Positions 15,740-25,175 are shown, counted from the stretch's first letter. The stretch: DNA of 25,867 bases from Candidatus Thorarchaeota archaeon (GCA_048884785.1 JBHLQM010000053.1:1-25867), one strand, 5' to 3'. Program-made: numbers and translations. The notes: generated by a model from the letters alone, not told the origin.

Positions 15740-17251
15740 TCATAGGAATATCTTGGAATACTTGTTCTCCAAGAACTTGAGGAATGGCTTGGCTGTCAAA
15801 TCCTTTCCTGTGACTAGCTTGGCCAAATCACCAGGGCTGTGAAGATTTGACCTGGAATGGACATTTTGAATGTGCCAATCAATTGCAGGTTTGATGTGAC
15901 CTTCAGCAATGCCTTCGTACCACCCTGGGATGTCTTTGCTCATCTGATCGAACCACATTCCATCGTAGACATTTCCTAGGGCATAGCTTGGGAAGTATCC
16001 ATATAGACCACTTCCCCAGTGTGTATCCTGAAGAACTCCTTCCGTATCTGATTCTATTTCCAATCCGAGATATTCCTCATATTTCTGATTCCACACAACT
16101 GGTAATTCAGAGACCTCAATCTTCCCTGTGAATAGGTCTCTCTCAATCTCAAAACGGATTATGATATGTAATGAATATGTGACTTCATCCGCTTCTACTC
16201 TGATTTTTGATGGCGTAATAATGTTTGAAGCCTTGCTGAATCTTTCCAGAGGAATGTCAGAAAACATATTCCCAGTTATTTTGTTCAATTTTGGCAGATA
16301 GAATTTCCAAAATTCGGGAGTCCTCCCTATCATATTTTCAACAAAACGTGACTGCGACTCATGAATGCCTGAACTGGCCGCAGCACCAATCGGCATAAAC
16401 TTCCATTCTTGATTCAAATTTTGTTCATACAGGGCATGGCCGGCTTCATGGAGTATTGCAAAAAAGGCCGAACTGAAGTTGGTTGGATGATATTTCACAG
16501 TAATACGGACATCATCATAGTATCCAAGTGTGAATGGATGCTGTACTTCGTCGATTCTGCCACCCGCATTTGCTGTGGTCGTATCGTACCCAACTAATGT
16601 GCACAGATCTGTGGCAATTTTCCTCTGAATATCAATTGGAACCTCTCTCTGCATGAAAGAAGTGTCAACCGCAGACGATAGTTCAGAGAATTTCTCAGTC
16701 AATGGAATCAGACCATCTCTCAGCTCTGAGAAAACACGAGTGATTTCTTTTGTAGTCATCTTTGGTTCAAAATCATCAATCAATGTATCATATATTGTTG
16801 AAGTGCCTTTGATATCTTGAAGAAGCTCAGCGCGCTGATAACATAAATCAACCAATTTCTTTAGCTCAGGTTCAAACATTTTCCAATTATTTGCAGCCCT
16901 AGCCTTTTTCCAGGTTTCAGTACTAATTGCCTGTTGTTGAGCGATTTCTCCTACAAGTTTCTCTGGGAGTTTTGTTGCCTCGTTGTATGCTTTCTTTATC
17001 AAGTAGATATTCCGTTTTGCAGTTTCATCTAGGGAGTCTTGACTCTTATCAACGGAATCGAGCAACTTCCCAATTTCTGGGTCTGTGGCCATTCTATGTG
17101 TGATTTTGGAGAGAACCGAAAGCTGTTCTCCGCGAAGCATAATGCCTCTTGGTGGCATATAGGTTTCCATGTCCCAATAGACGATACCGGTTGCAGTTGT
17201 AAGGACTGTTCCCTCTTTGAATCTAGCTAGCAAGGAATCATATTCGGTCAT
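15740..17251 (-). CDS. Carboxypeptidase M32 (Taq-type thermostable carboxypeptidase; probable start ATG 17251)
   Basis: WDMETYMP, HPF, DVRIT, HEAGH (HExxH), HESQ, IRVEADE, QDTHW and GYFPSYALGN motifs. Confidence 0.95.
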   Translation of the reverse strand: MTEYDSLLARFKEGTVLTTATGIVYWDMETYMPPRGIMLRGEQLSVLSKITHRMATDPEIGKLLDSVDKSQDSLDETAKRNIYLIKKAYNEATKLPEKLVGEIAQQQAISTETWKKARAANNWKMFEPELKKLVDLCYQRAELLQDIKGTSTIYDTLIDDFEPKMTTKEITRVFSELRDGLIPLTEKFSELSSAVDTSFMQREVPIDIQRKIATDLCTLVGYDTTTANAGGRIDEVQHPFTLGYYDDVRITVKYHPTNFSSAFFAILHEAGHALYEQNLNQEWKFMPIGAAASSGIHESQSRFVENMIGRTPEFWKFYLPKLNKITGNMFSDIPLERFSKASNIITPSKIRVEADEVTYSLHIIIRFEIERDLFTGKIEVSELPVVWNQKYEEYLGLEIESDTEGVLQDTHWGSGLYGYFPSYALGNVYDGMWFDQMSKDIPGWYEGIAEGHIKPAIDWHIQNVHSRSNLHSPGDLAKLVTGKDLTAKPFLKFLENKYSKIFL

Positions 17252-17406
17252 TCGTGCACCGTCCAGTTTCTGATACAGGCCCAAAACATCAATGATGTTA
17301 TCACTCTTCCGACCTATGTAAGCCAAATTGTGCTACCATGTTACTTATAACCAATGAACGGAGTCCGACTCTTTGAAGATTCTATAAATGAGGTCCGAAT
17401 TAGTAG

Positions 17407-18075
17407 TTGACCGAATCTGATGATGAAAACCAGCAAACTCCAACTTCACCTATAAAGACTCTGGGTCTTATTGGACGAACTATGAGGGCGTTAGAAATTA
17501 CTCAGGGCGTAGAGATAGCAAGAAGATATCTTGCGATGAATGCTTTTGATGGCGCCCTGACAATGTTGGGTCTTATTCTGGGTGGCTTGGTTTCTATGGC
17601 TGCCTTGGGTGTAGAAACTGTTTTCCAAACTACTTTGCTTGCGGCAGTTGGAACTAGTCTGGCAATGGCAATCTCTGGTTTTAGCGGTTCGTACCTTACT
17701 GAGAGTGCCGAAAGAGAACGTGAAGTCGATGAAATGGGAAAAGCGATGCTTTCAGATATGAGCAACTCAATGTATGCACGGGCCACTAGAGTCACTTCCA
17801 TTGTTGTTGCTGTAGTTGATGGTCTGGCTCCCGCAGCGGCTGCTATTATTGTAGCGTCTCCCTTAATCTTGGTACCATTTGGTATTTTGGGACATTATAC
17901 TGCGTTTTACGCTGCAATTATAGTATGCATGATTCTGCTGTTTGCCCTTGGTTTGTTTCTTGGTTCTGTGTCAGGCAAGAGTATTTGGGGGTATGGAGCT
18001 AAGACACTTTTTGCGGGGATTCTGACCGCTCTCTTTATGTTCTTCATATCACTCTTGACAGGTGCAGGGGCTTAG
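17407..18075 (+). CDS. VIT1/CCC1-family membrane protein (archaeal type), possible Fe/Mn exporter
   Basis: RRY..MNAFDGALTMLG and AMAISGFSGSYLTESAERERE motifs; about 5 TM segments. Confidence 0.8.
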   Translation: MTESDDENQQTPTSPIKTLGLIGRTMRALEITQGVEIARRYLAMNAFDGALTMLGLILGGLVSMAALGVETVFQTTLLAAVGTSLAMAISGFSGSYLTESAEREREVDEMGKAMLSDMSNSMYARATRVTSIVVAVVDGLAPAAAAIIVASPLILVPFGILGHYTAFYAAIIVCMILLFALGLFLGSVSGKSIWGYGAKTLFAGILTALFMFFISLLTGAGA

Positions 18076-18078
18076 TGA

Positions 18079-19065
18079 ATGTTCGAGGATCTGCCAAGAG
18101 AGCGATTTGCTTTTCTTCCCACACCACTTCACCCTCTAAAGAACTTGGGTGAATCTCTGGGCCTAGACCATCTTTGGATAAAGAGAGATGATTTAACTGA
18201 AGTTTCTGCAGGTGGAAACAAAACCCGCAAGCTCGAGTTTATTGTTGGCGACGCGAAGGCATCAGGTGCTGATACATTGGTTACTGTGGGCGGAATACAC
18301 AGCAATCATTGCAGACAAACCGCAGCGGTTGCCGCAATTTCTGGTCTGAGGTGCATACTGCTGCTTGCAGGCGAAGAACCGGAAGTTTCTACTGGCAATC
18401 TTCTTCTTGACAAACTGCACGGTGCTGAAATCAAATATTTTCCTGATGACGACTTTTTGACGCTCAATCAAAGACTTGATGGAATTCTTGAAACATTGGA
18501 GGATTTTGGACTTACTCCCTATGCGATTCCTGCCGGAGCTGCAACACCCCTTGGCTCAATTGGATACGTCGAGGCGATGTTTGAATTAAAAGAACAGATA
18601 GAAACATGGAACTTTAATCCAGAGAAGATTGTCATTGCCGCAGGAACTGGCGGAACTCTAGCGGGCATGATTCTGGGGGCTAATCTTGCTGAGTTGGATG
18701 TTGAAATACATGGAATCAGTGTGATCTATGACGCCGACACACTCGAAGAAAAAGTCCGTGATTTGATAGATAGGTCTATCCATGCCTATCCGCAGTACTT
18801 CGAGCCATTTGACTACAAGGTGCACGCAAATGATCATTTTCAGGGGGAAGGCTATGGTATTCTCTCAAATACTGAAAGAACAGCTATTGAGATGTTTGCT
18901 AAGCTTGATGGCATATTATTGGACCCGGTCTATTCTTGCAAAGCCGGTTTAGCATTGATGAGAATGGCACTAGCTGGAGACCTTAATCGAAACACAAGAG
19001 CCCTCTTTTGGCACACAGGTGGGATACCTGAATTATTTGCCCGAGCAGAGGAGTTCTTCATCTAG
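18079..19065 (+). CDS. D-cysteine desulfhydrase / ACC deaminase family PLP enzyme
   Basis: PTPL, KRDDL..GGNKTRKLEF (PLP Lys), SNHCR, GTGGT, LDPVY and FWHTGG motifs. Confidence 0.92.
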   Translation: MFEDLPRERFAFLPTPLHPLKNLGESLGLDHLWIKRDDLTEVSAGGNKTRKLEFIVGDAKASGADTLVTVGGIHSNHCRQTAAVAAISGLRCILLLAGEEPEVSTGNLLLDKLHGAEIKYFPDDDFLTLNQRLDGILETLEDFGLTPYAIPAGAATPLGSIGYVEAMFELKEQIETWNFNPEKIVIAAGTGGTLAGMILGANLAELDVEIHGISVIYDADTLEEKVRDLIDRSIHAYPQYFEPFDYKVHANDHFQGEGYGILSNTERTAIEMFAKLDGILLDPVYSCKAGLALMRMALAGDLNRNTRALFWHTGGIPELFARAEEFFI

Positions 19066-19138
19066 AAAATAGTGAATGCATTGCCTTCCCACAAAGCTTT
19101 TTGTTGTTTCCATTCTATTACTGCCTAGAGGAGTTTCA

Positions 19139-19990
19139 TTGAGTCTTTGCGAGAATCACCCAAACCAACTTGCCACAGGCAAATGCTCTGTGTGCGGACG
19201 ACATGTGTGTGGAATATGCTCAACCACTAATGACGGGGCCATAACATGCTTTAGTTGTGACGAGAGAACTGAATGGGTCCAGTCAGGTAGTCCTTGGGAC
19301 AGAGCACAGTCGCCTTGGGAAACCGGAGCAATAATGGATACCAGAACGAAAAACTATCTCTTGCTGGGAGCTATCGGTTCAGTCTTATGGCTGTTTATCC
19401 TTCTCGCTTCAGCTATTCAGTACTGGATGATTATTGTCGGCAGCTACACAAATCCAATGATCTACGTACTCTCAATTCCTGTTTCTATTATCTCACTGGT
19501 ACAACCTATACTACTTGGGCTGGGATTTCTCGGATTCTACTACAAATATGACCACAAGCCCTCTCGCTATGTTCTCTTTTTGGGTATAGCTATTATTTTG
19601 ATTAATCTTCTGTTTAACGTTCTCTTGGGAAGCCTTCCGATCGAAGCTTTGGTCTATAGTCCTATCTATAGTTTCATCCTCATAGCTACTGTATACGCAT
19701 CAGCTGCAATACCTCTTCTATACTACGTATTGGTTCTTTATTGCCTTGTCACTCTTCGAAAAGGACTAAGGAGACCGGTGGTAGCAAGTATTGCCATATT
19801 GTGCTTTTTGCTCTACATCCCGTACATCTTTATGTATGCCATCTTCTTTCCACTTTTTCTTCCGCTCTTTTACCTGACGAGTTACCTTATTGGGCAGGCA
19901 ATCGTCATGGTGATATCTGTATGCTTGGCCATTCTCTTCTTCATCGAGGGTCGAGATTCCCCAATATCGACAATAAAACAATGGAAATAG
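19139..19990 (+). CDS. B-box-like Zn-finger fused to a multi-pass membrane domain (probable TTG start 19139)
   Basis: CENHP-x7-CSVCGRHVCGIC-x9-CFSC followed by about 6 TM segments. GAGGAG RBS before TTG 19139. Confidence 0.75.
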   Translation: MSLCENHPNQLATGKCSVCGRHVCGICSTTNDGAITCFSCDERTEWVQSGSPWDRAQSPWETGAIMDTRTKNYLLLGAIGSVLWLFILLASAIQYWMIIVGSYTNPMIYVLSIPVSIISLVQPILLGLGFLGFYYKYDHKPSRYVLFLGIAIILINLLFNVLLGSLPIEALVYSPIYSFILIATVYASAAIPLLYYVLVLYCLVTLRKGLRRPVVASIAILCFLLYIPYIFMYAIFFPLFLPLFYLTSYLIGQAIVMVISVCLAILFFIEGRDSPISTIKQWK

Positions 19991-20124
19991 TAGTACTGAC
20001 ATCTTCCCAAAGGCTCATAATCTCAAACAGGAATTCGAACTCATGACTGTTCCTGGGATTGACCTTGGCCAGAAAAAAAGAAACATGGTTATATATGCCA
20101 CAAAGGGAACAATAGACTGTATCT

Positions 20125-21066
20125 ATGGGGGCATTTGATATGGAAAGCGAGGCACTGCAGTTCGCAATAGCGTTCGAGGAACGTCTCTCAGCGGCAACCA
20201 AAGAACGTGTGAGAATTGTGATCAAAGAGCAGTATAAGGATGCTTTTGATATTCTGGCAGACTGTGAGGCAGCAGGCTTGATTCCTGGCATAATTGGTCC
20301 GCCAGGTGTCGGAAAGACGCTTCTTCTCCGGGCCTATGCTGAGAAGAGCAAAAGGAACTTCACTTGGATAACTGGCGATGAAGGTGTGCGTCCTTCACAC
20401 CTAATCGGGTCATTCAATCCCGCGCTTGTTCTCAAGAAAGGTTTCAATCTTGAATCCTTTGACCCAGGGCCTCTACTAAAAGCAATGGTCTTTGGTGGAG
20501 TCTTTGGTCTGAATGAGGGGAACAGATTACCTGAGTACGTGCAAAACTCTCTCTTGGAGCCATTTGAGGAGCTCTCAGTAAACGTGCAAAGACTTGGTCG
20601 AATAAAAGCACATGAGGAATTCTTTCCGGTGCTTACAATGAATCCAGAAGAGATGGCAGGCGCACACAGGCTAAGTGAGGCTCTCCGTGATCGGATACGG
20701 GTCTGGATAAGACTTGGGTATCCGCGAAAGGAAACTGAGATTGAGATCATCAAGGTCAATGCACCAGAGTACAAGTTGTCTGATGATATACTCGATGCAG
20801 TGTATGGACTAGTCTCAGCAACAAGAAACAGTACTGATATTGAGGTTCCAGCATCGATACGTGCAGGAATTTCGATATCTCGTCTTTCGGCTCAGATGGC
20901 CAAACGCAAGAAAGAGAAGGAGATTGATCACAGGATGCTCTCTGAAGCCGCGACATATGTCCTAACAGGCGCCCTCAGATTCCGTCCAGGAATTGACCCC
21001 GAACCAGCCGTGAACAACCTAGTGCGGCGTGTGCTTGGGTCAAAGGGGACTAGCAATAATGAGTGA
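20125..21066 (+). CDS. MoxR/CoxD-like AAA+ ATPase
   Basis: Walker A GPPGVGKT, GPLLKAM, Walker B variant VFGLNE, TMNP (sensor 1), LSEALRDR (R finger), ASIR (sensor 2). Confidence 0.92.
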   Translation: MGAFDMESEALQFAIAFEERLSAATKERVRIVIKEQYKDAFDILADCEAAGLIPGIIGPPGVGKTLLLRAYAEKSKRNFTWITGDEGVRPSHLIGSFNPALVLKKGFNLESFDPGPLLKAMVFGGVFGLNEGNRLPEYVQNSLLEPFEELSVNVQRLGRIKAHEEFFPVLTMNPEEMAGAHRLSEALRDRIRVWIRLGYPRKETEIEIIKVNAPEYKLSDDILDAVYGLVSATRNSTDIEVPASIRAGISISRLSAQMAKRKKEKEIDHRMLSEAATYVLTGALRFRPGIDPEPAVNNLVRRVLGSKGTSNNE

Positions 21067-23566
21067 ACCTGAGAAGTTCCACCCAATACCTAGTAGTGTT
21101 CCCCCCTTTGCATACGAGTTTGTAAAACGTATGCGTGAATCATTAGAGGTAAGAGCGAAGCCAAGTGTACGTCAAACACAGGCTATCCCGCAGTTGCTTT
21201 CTGCACGGTTTTTCAGAAACGGATCATTGACTCTTGATGACTTCGTAGAGGCTGCTGTATTTACATCCTATCCGCCGGATCAGGAAATTGCTCGACTCAT
21301 TGCAGAAGAGATTCTATTGGGTCGCCGCAAGGAGTTTGTTCCAGAGATTGTAATCGAACAAGCACAACAGCAGGCACCCCCAGATCCCAATGATCCTGTT
21401 CAGGAAGTCATGGCTAAGATCAAGCGAGAGCTGGAACTAGCTAAGACCATAAAGAAAGACAAAGTGCAGGCGGGGTTTGATTACCTTCAGGAACTGCGAC
21501 GCCGGGAAGATAAGTCTCTATATGATGCGGCAATGGACTATCTCAAGGAAGGAGACGTTGTATTACGGGGGCTCACAAGCGATGGAGAACTCAAGAAAGA
21601 GGCATCAGAAGAGCTTCTCGACCACTTGGGCGGCTTGAGTGCCAGGGATATTTTGAATTCTGCAACACTGGATGTTCTAGACGATGTGTGTAATTCAACA
21701 TCCACTGCTGAGCAATTGGCCGCAAAGGCTCTGAGAGGCGATCAAGGCGTAGAGGAGGAGTTTAAGGATTTAGCAGATAGGAATCCTGGGACGGCTGCGA
21801 AGGCTCTCTCACTCATGGAAAAATTCGAAAAACTCGACAAAGAGATGCTTGATAGGCTAGATTCAGCTCTTGCCGACTCTCTTAGAGATTTGAGCGAGAT
21901 GAAAGACTATGCTGCAAATCTTGAGAGGCTTCCTGAAAATGGAGATGATATGGTGGAAAAGGCAGCTTCTGATTTTCCTCTTAGTCAGTCAATGGAATTC
22001 GCCAATACAATTAAACAGCATACGGGAAAAGACCTCTCAAAAGACCTAATGGATGCCTACAATGAACAGTATGACAATGGCGCACGTAATAACGTGGACA
22101 TGAGGCAGCTCGCAGAAACAGCGATGAAAACAGAAAGCTGGGAGGATTTGGTAGACAAAATCACGAATGATATCATTGAAGATGCCATGTCCCGATCTTC
22201 TCCCTCGGATTATCTCCGCCAAAGATTCAGAGAGGCGTCTAATCTACGTGATCAATTGAAAGACCGCTCAACCCGACCATCATGGGAAAGCATGATGCAG
22301 AAGCTTGCTGATGCTGCTGTAAAGAGTTCCCCAAACAAGACTCATCTGCGGCAGACCGTACGAGAGCTAAGTTCACAAGGAACTGTTCCAAGTCAGGATG
22401 CTGTTCGTGAAGCAGCGTCTTCAATGGGAATGACCGAGAATGAAATACTTGAATTGCTCAATCCATCATTTCAGGTCATTAAGAATCTAATCCAACAGGG
22501 CGTTGACGATTTTGACCGTCTCCATAGTTTGATGTCTTCTGCAGGACTTACCAATCATCAATTACGAGAGCTAGCAGATCTTGCAGCGAATATGGATAAC
22601 CAGTCTGCTTTGGGTGCTATTGCACATGAAGACTTGATGGCCGCTCTCGGCAGTGCAGGTTCGCAAGGGCGTCATGGACAGCTCACTCCTTCAGAGAATG
22701 AGAGAGCTGAGAAAGTGATGGGGGGCCTTCTGGGTGGGCCTGCTACGAATGTCATTAAGATGTGGTATACATACCGAGATCAAATCCCCGATGCCCTGAG
22801 AAAGAAGCTGAAAGATATTGCCAGAAGATTACTGATTGATCTTGGCAAGCGATTCGCCAAGGCTACAATGGGTTCCTCTATGCTTGGTGGGATTCAGCAA
22901 TCCACTACGGTACGGCCATTTAGAATCGGAGATGACATTGATCTAATAGACCTTGAAGAAACAATGGATAACCTTCTTGCTTCAGGGAGAAATGACTTTG
23001 ACGCCTTGGATGCTGAAGATTTTCTCATCACTGAGCCGTACCAAGGTCACAGAGCCTTCTTTTGGGCACTTGATAAATCGGGCTCCATGCATGCACCAGA
23101 AAAACTAGGGATGCTTTCAATTTCTGTCATGGCTGGCCTATATGGTGTGCAAAATGATGATTTTGGAGTTGTTCTTTTCGATAGCGAGACGCACATAGTA
23201 AAAGAGATTCCAGACAAGACTGTATCTATTGATAAGGTTGCAGCAGATCTTCTCGAAGTTAGAGCCAGTGGGGGTACTGGAGGATCATCTTCAATGAAGC
23301 TTGCGCTAAGGAATTTTGAACAAACTCGGGCTAAAGAGAAAGTCTTCATTTTCAGCACTGATGCGTACCTCTTTGACCAAGCCGCATGTGAGGAGCTAGC
23401 CGTGGATCTTCATTATCATGATATCCAGATGATTATTCTTGCTCCAAAACACGAATATGATCGAAGGGCTGCAGAGAAATTAGCCAAACTGTCTCATGGA
23501 GTGGTTCTTGACATAGCAACTATTGAAGAGCTGCCTGAGCGGCTTCTAAGACTCACAAATTACTAG
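21059..23566 (+). CDS. Large VWA-domain protein, partner of the MoxR ATPase (probable start ATG 21059)
   Basis: C-terminal MIDAS LDKSGSM, GGT, FSTD; CoxE-like GDDIDLIDLEET; long helical middle region. Start overlaps the ATPase stop. Confidence 0.88.
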   Translation: MSEPEKFHPIPSSVPPFAYEFVKRMRESLEVRAKPSVRQTQAIPQLLSARFFRNGSLTLDDFVEAAVFTSYPPDQEIARLIAEEILLGRRKEFVPEIVIEQAQQQAPPDPNDPVQEVMAKIKRELELAKTIKKDKVQAGFDYLQELRRREDKSLYDAAMDYLKEGDVVLRGLTSDGELKKEASEELLDHLGGLSARDILNSATLDVLDDVCNSTSTAEQLAAKALRGDQGVEEEFKDLADRNPGTAAKALSLMEKFEKLDKEMLDRLDSALADSLRDLSEMKDYAANLERLPENGDDMVEKAASDFPLSQSMEFANTIKQHTGKDLSKDLMDAYNEQYDNGARNNVDMRQLAETAMKTESWEDLVDKITNDIIEDAMSRSSPSDYLRQRFREASNLRDQLKDRSTRPSWESMMQKLADAAVKSSPNKTHLRQTVRELSSQGTVPSQDAVREAASSMGMTENEILELLNPSFQVIKNLIQQGVDDFDRLHSLMSSAGLTNHQLRELADLAANMDNQSALGAIAHEDLMAALGSAGSQGRHGQLTPSENERAEKVMGGLLGGPATNVIKMWYTYRDQIPDALRKKLKDIARRLLIDLGKRFAKATMGSSMLGGIQQSTTVRPFRIGDDIDLIDLEETMDNLLASGRNDFDALDAEDFLITEPYQGHRAFFWALDKSGSMHAPEKLGMLSISVMAGLYGVQNDDFGVVLFDSETHIVKEIPDKTVSIDKVAADLLEVRASGGTGGSSSMKLALRNFEQTRAKEKVFIFSTDAYLFDQAACEELAVDLHYHDIQMIILAPKHEYDRRAAEKLAKLSHGVVLDIATIEELPERLLRLTNY

Positions 23567-24296
23567 AATCAGGGACAAAACCTGTCTTGGGCATGAGGCT
23601 TTTGTCATGGACTTCCGATACCCACAGTTTGTATGCTGCAACATATCCTTCTCTTCTCATGTCAAGGAACCTTGAAGAGAATAGAGATCTCATAACAAGC
23701 ATATACCTATAGAATGGTGTACCAGGCTCTACAATTTCTGCGATGGCATTTATCTGAACGCTCCTTGTATAATTGGATTTCTTATCCCGCCAATACATAA
23801 CTAAACTCGCTCTGGGATCTCTCAGGAGATTTCGATAAGTCGCATCGCCATAAATCTCCATCACTCCAAGTCTGAATCTATCAATTTTCGTATCATCCAC
23901 GAAGTTATCTCTGTATAACTCCATTCGTCCGTCAATGGTTTCATTGAAAGGCAAACCCTGCAATGCAAGAAGTCTTCCTTCAATTTCATCAATTGTATCC
24001 TCTATTGCTTCATCTGTGAGGGTTAATCGTACAATCTTATAGGCAGCGTTCACAGGAAAAGGGCCTTCGTAGCTGAAGGTACAAAGTGATGGCTTCATGA
24101 GAGTATCTTGGTATATTGCCTGAAGCCTTGATTCCGCAGTGTCCGTTTGGCTAACATCCATTGAACCAGCCATAGCTTCATACAGCTCATCAGGCAAAGG
24201 GTTCAAAGGGTATGAATGAACTACTCCTCTCATCATTAATTCAATGCGGCGTAGCTCTCTATCAATGAATCTGAATTGAGCTGTTGTGGATGGCAT
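23553..24296 (-). CDS. Pyridoxamine 5'-phosphate oxidase-like (FMN split-barrel) domain protein
   Basis: TYRNLLRDPRASL..SVQINAIAEIV pattern and C-terminal YKLWVSEV strand. Probable start ATG 24296. Confidence 0.55.
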   Translation of the reverse strand: MPSTTAQFRFIDRELRRIELMMRGVVHSYPLNPLPDELYEAMAGSMDVSQTDTAESRLQAIYQDTLMKPSLCTFSYEGPFPVNAAYKIVRLTLTDEAIEDTIDEIEGRLLALQGLPFNETIDGRMELYRDNFVDDTKIDRFRLGVMEIYGDATYRNLLRDPRASLVMYWRDKKSNYTRSVQINAIAEIVEPGTPFYRYMLVMRSLFSSRFLDMRREGYVAAYKLWVSEVHDKSLMPKTGFVPDSSNL

Positions 24297-24517
24297 TTTT
24301 GAGCCCAAAATCTCAGAGCTTTATTGGCATATATCATTAATTGGCATATTGACTGTGATGTGATATGGTGCTTCTTTACCAAGCTATATGGGAGAATCTT
24401 CAACAATAAACAGACGCCAAGCCTATGCAATTCTGCGGGAAACATAGGTTTAACATCACTTTCATATGTAGGTCTGCACAGTATCCTGCAATGAATTCTA
24501 TTAGTAGGGGCAAGGCA

Positions 24518-24802
24518 ATGGTAGATACCTTCGAAATAGACTCTGATGCAAAACTTGTGGAGTGTGACTGCACAACAGACATGATTGATACAGCAAAAGT
24601 GCTTGTGTTTGTCGATCACGATGCAAAGGTCGTCTACCTATGGAGAGGAAAGAAGGCCAGTCTATTCAAAAAGCTAATGGGAACTCGAGTAGCCGCCAAA
24701 TTAAGTGACACCTACAGAGAATATAGAATTCGACCAATAACTGAAGGTCATGAGCCTGCGGCCTTTCACGATCTGATTGGGACCCCCAAAGACCAGAGAT
24801 GA
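24518..24802 (+). CDS. Single-domain gelsolin-like protein (probable start ATG 24518, 94 aa)
   Basis: VLVFVD..KVVYLWRGKKAS..K...A and EGHEPAAF match gelsolin-repeat hallmarks (hYhWxGxxS, EGxEPxxF). Confidence 0.8.
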   Translation: MVDTFEIDSDAKLVECDCTTDMIDTAKVLVFVDHDAKVVYLWRGKKASLFKKLMGTRVAAKLSDTYREYRIRPITEGHEPAAFHDLIGTPKDQR

Positions 24803-24845
24803 ATTTGCAACCAATAAACACATAGTGCTTTGAGAAGAAACATTT

Positions 24846-25175
24846 GTGGGTATAGTAGTGCGGTATGACTCAAGAGCCTACCTCAGGATAATCCGGAATG
24901 TCCCGAGAGGCCTCGAATCCAGAGACAGAATTCTGAACAAGATGCAGGATCAAGAATGGAGAACAGCCGCTGATATAGCCAAGGAGCTTGCCATTTCATA
25001 TTCAACTGTTCTATACCATTTGAGAAATCTAATGTCTGAAGGAGCTGTTGAGAGAGGTCTGGGCAAACAAGGGTGGCGAGTTCTTGAGTCCCCGCAAGGT
25101 ACTCTCCTGCAATTTCTAGGAAAAAAGCAAACGGCAAAGCAGCAAGCCAAGAGGAAGAAATCAAAAGCCCTTTAG
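24846..25175 (+). CDS. Winged-helix (ArsR-like) DNA-binding protein
   Basis: RDRIL..TAADIAKELAISYSTVLYHLRNLMSEGAVER HTH; basic C-terminal tail. Confidence 0.8.
   Translation: MGIVVRYDSRAYLRIIRNVPRGLESRDRILNKMQDQEWRTAADIAKELAISYSTVLYHLRNLMSEGAVERGLGKQGWRVLESPQGTLLQFLGKKQTAKQQAKRKKSKAL

Noticed and set aside
20007-20068. Imperfect long hairpin (CAGGAA/TTCCTG core) upstream of the MoxR gene, considered as a SECIS or ncRNA
   Set aside because: Many bulges, no proper AUGA/GA core with apical AA, and no in-frame UGA candidate in neighbouring genes.
24236-24619. Cys/His-rich minus-strand ORF of 127 aa as a metal-binding protein
   Set aside because: Overlaps the gelsolin gene antisense and the PNPOx-like gene start; Cys/His spacing fits no Zn-finger pattern.
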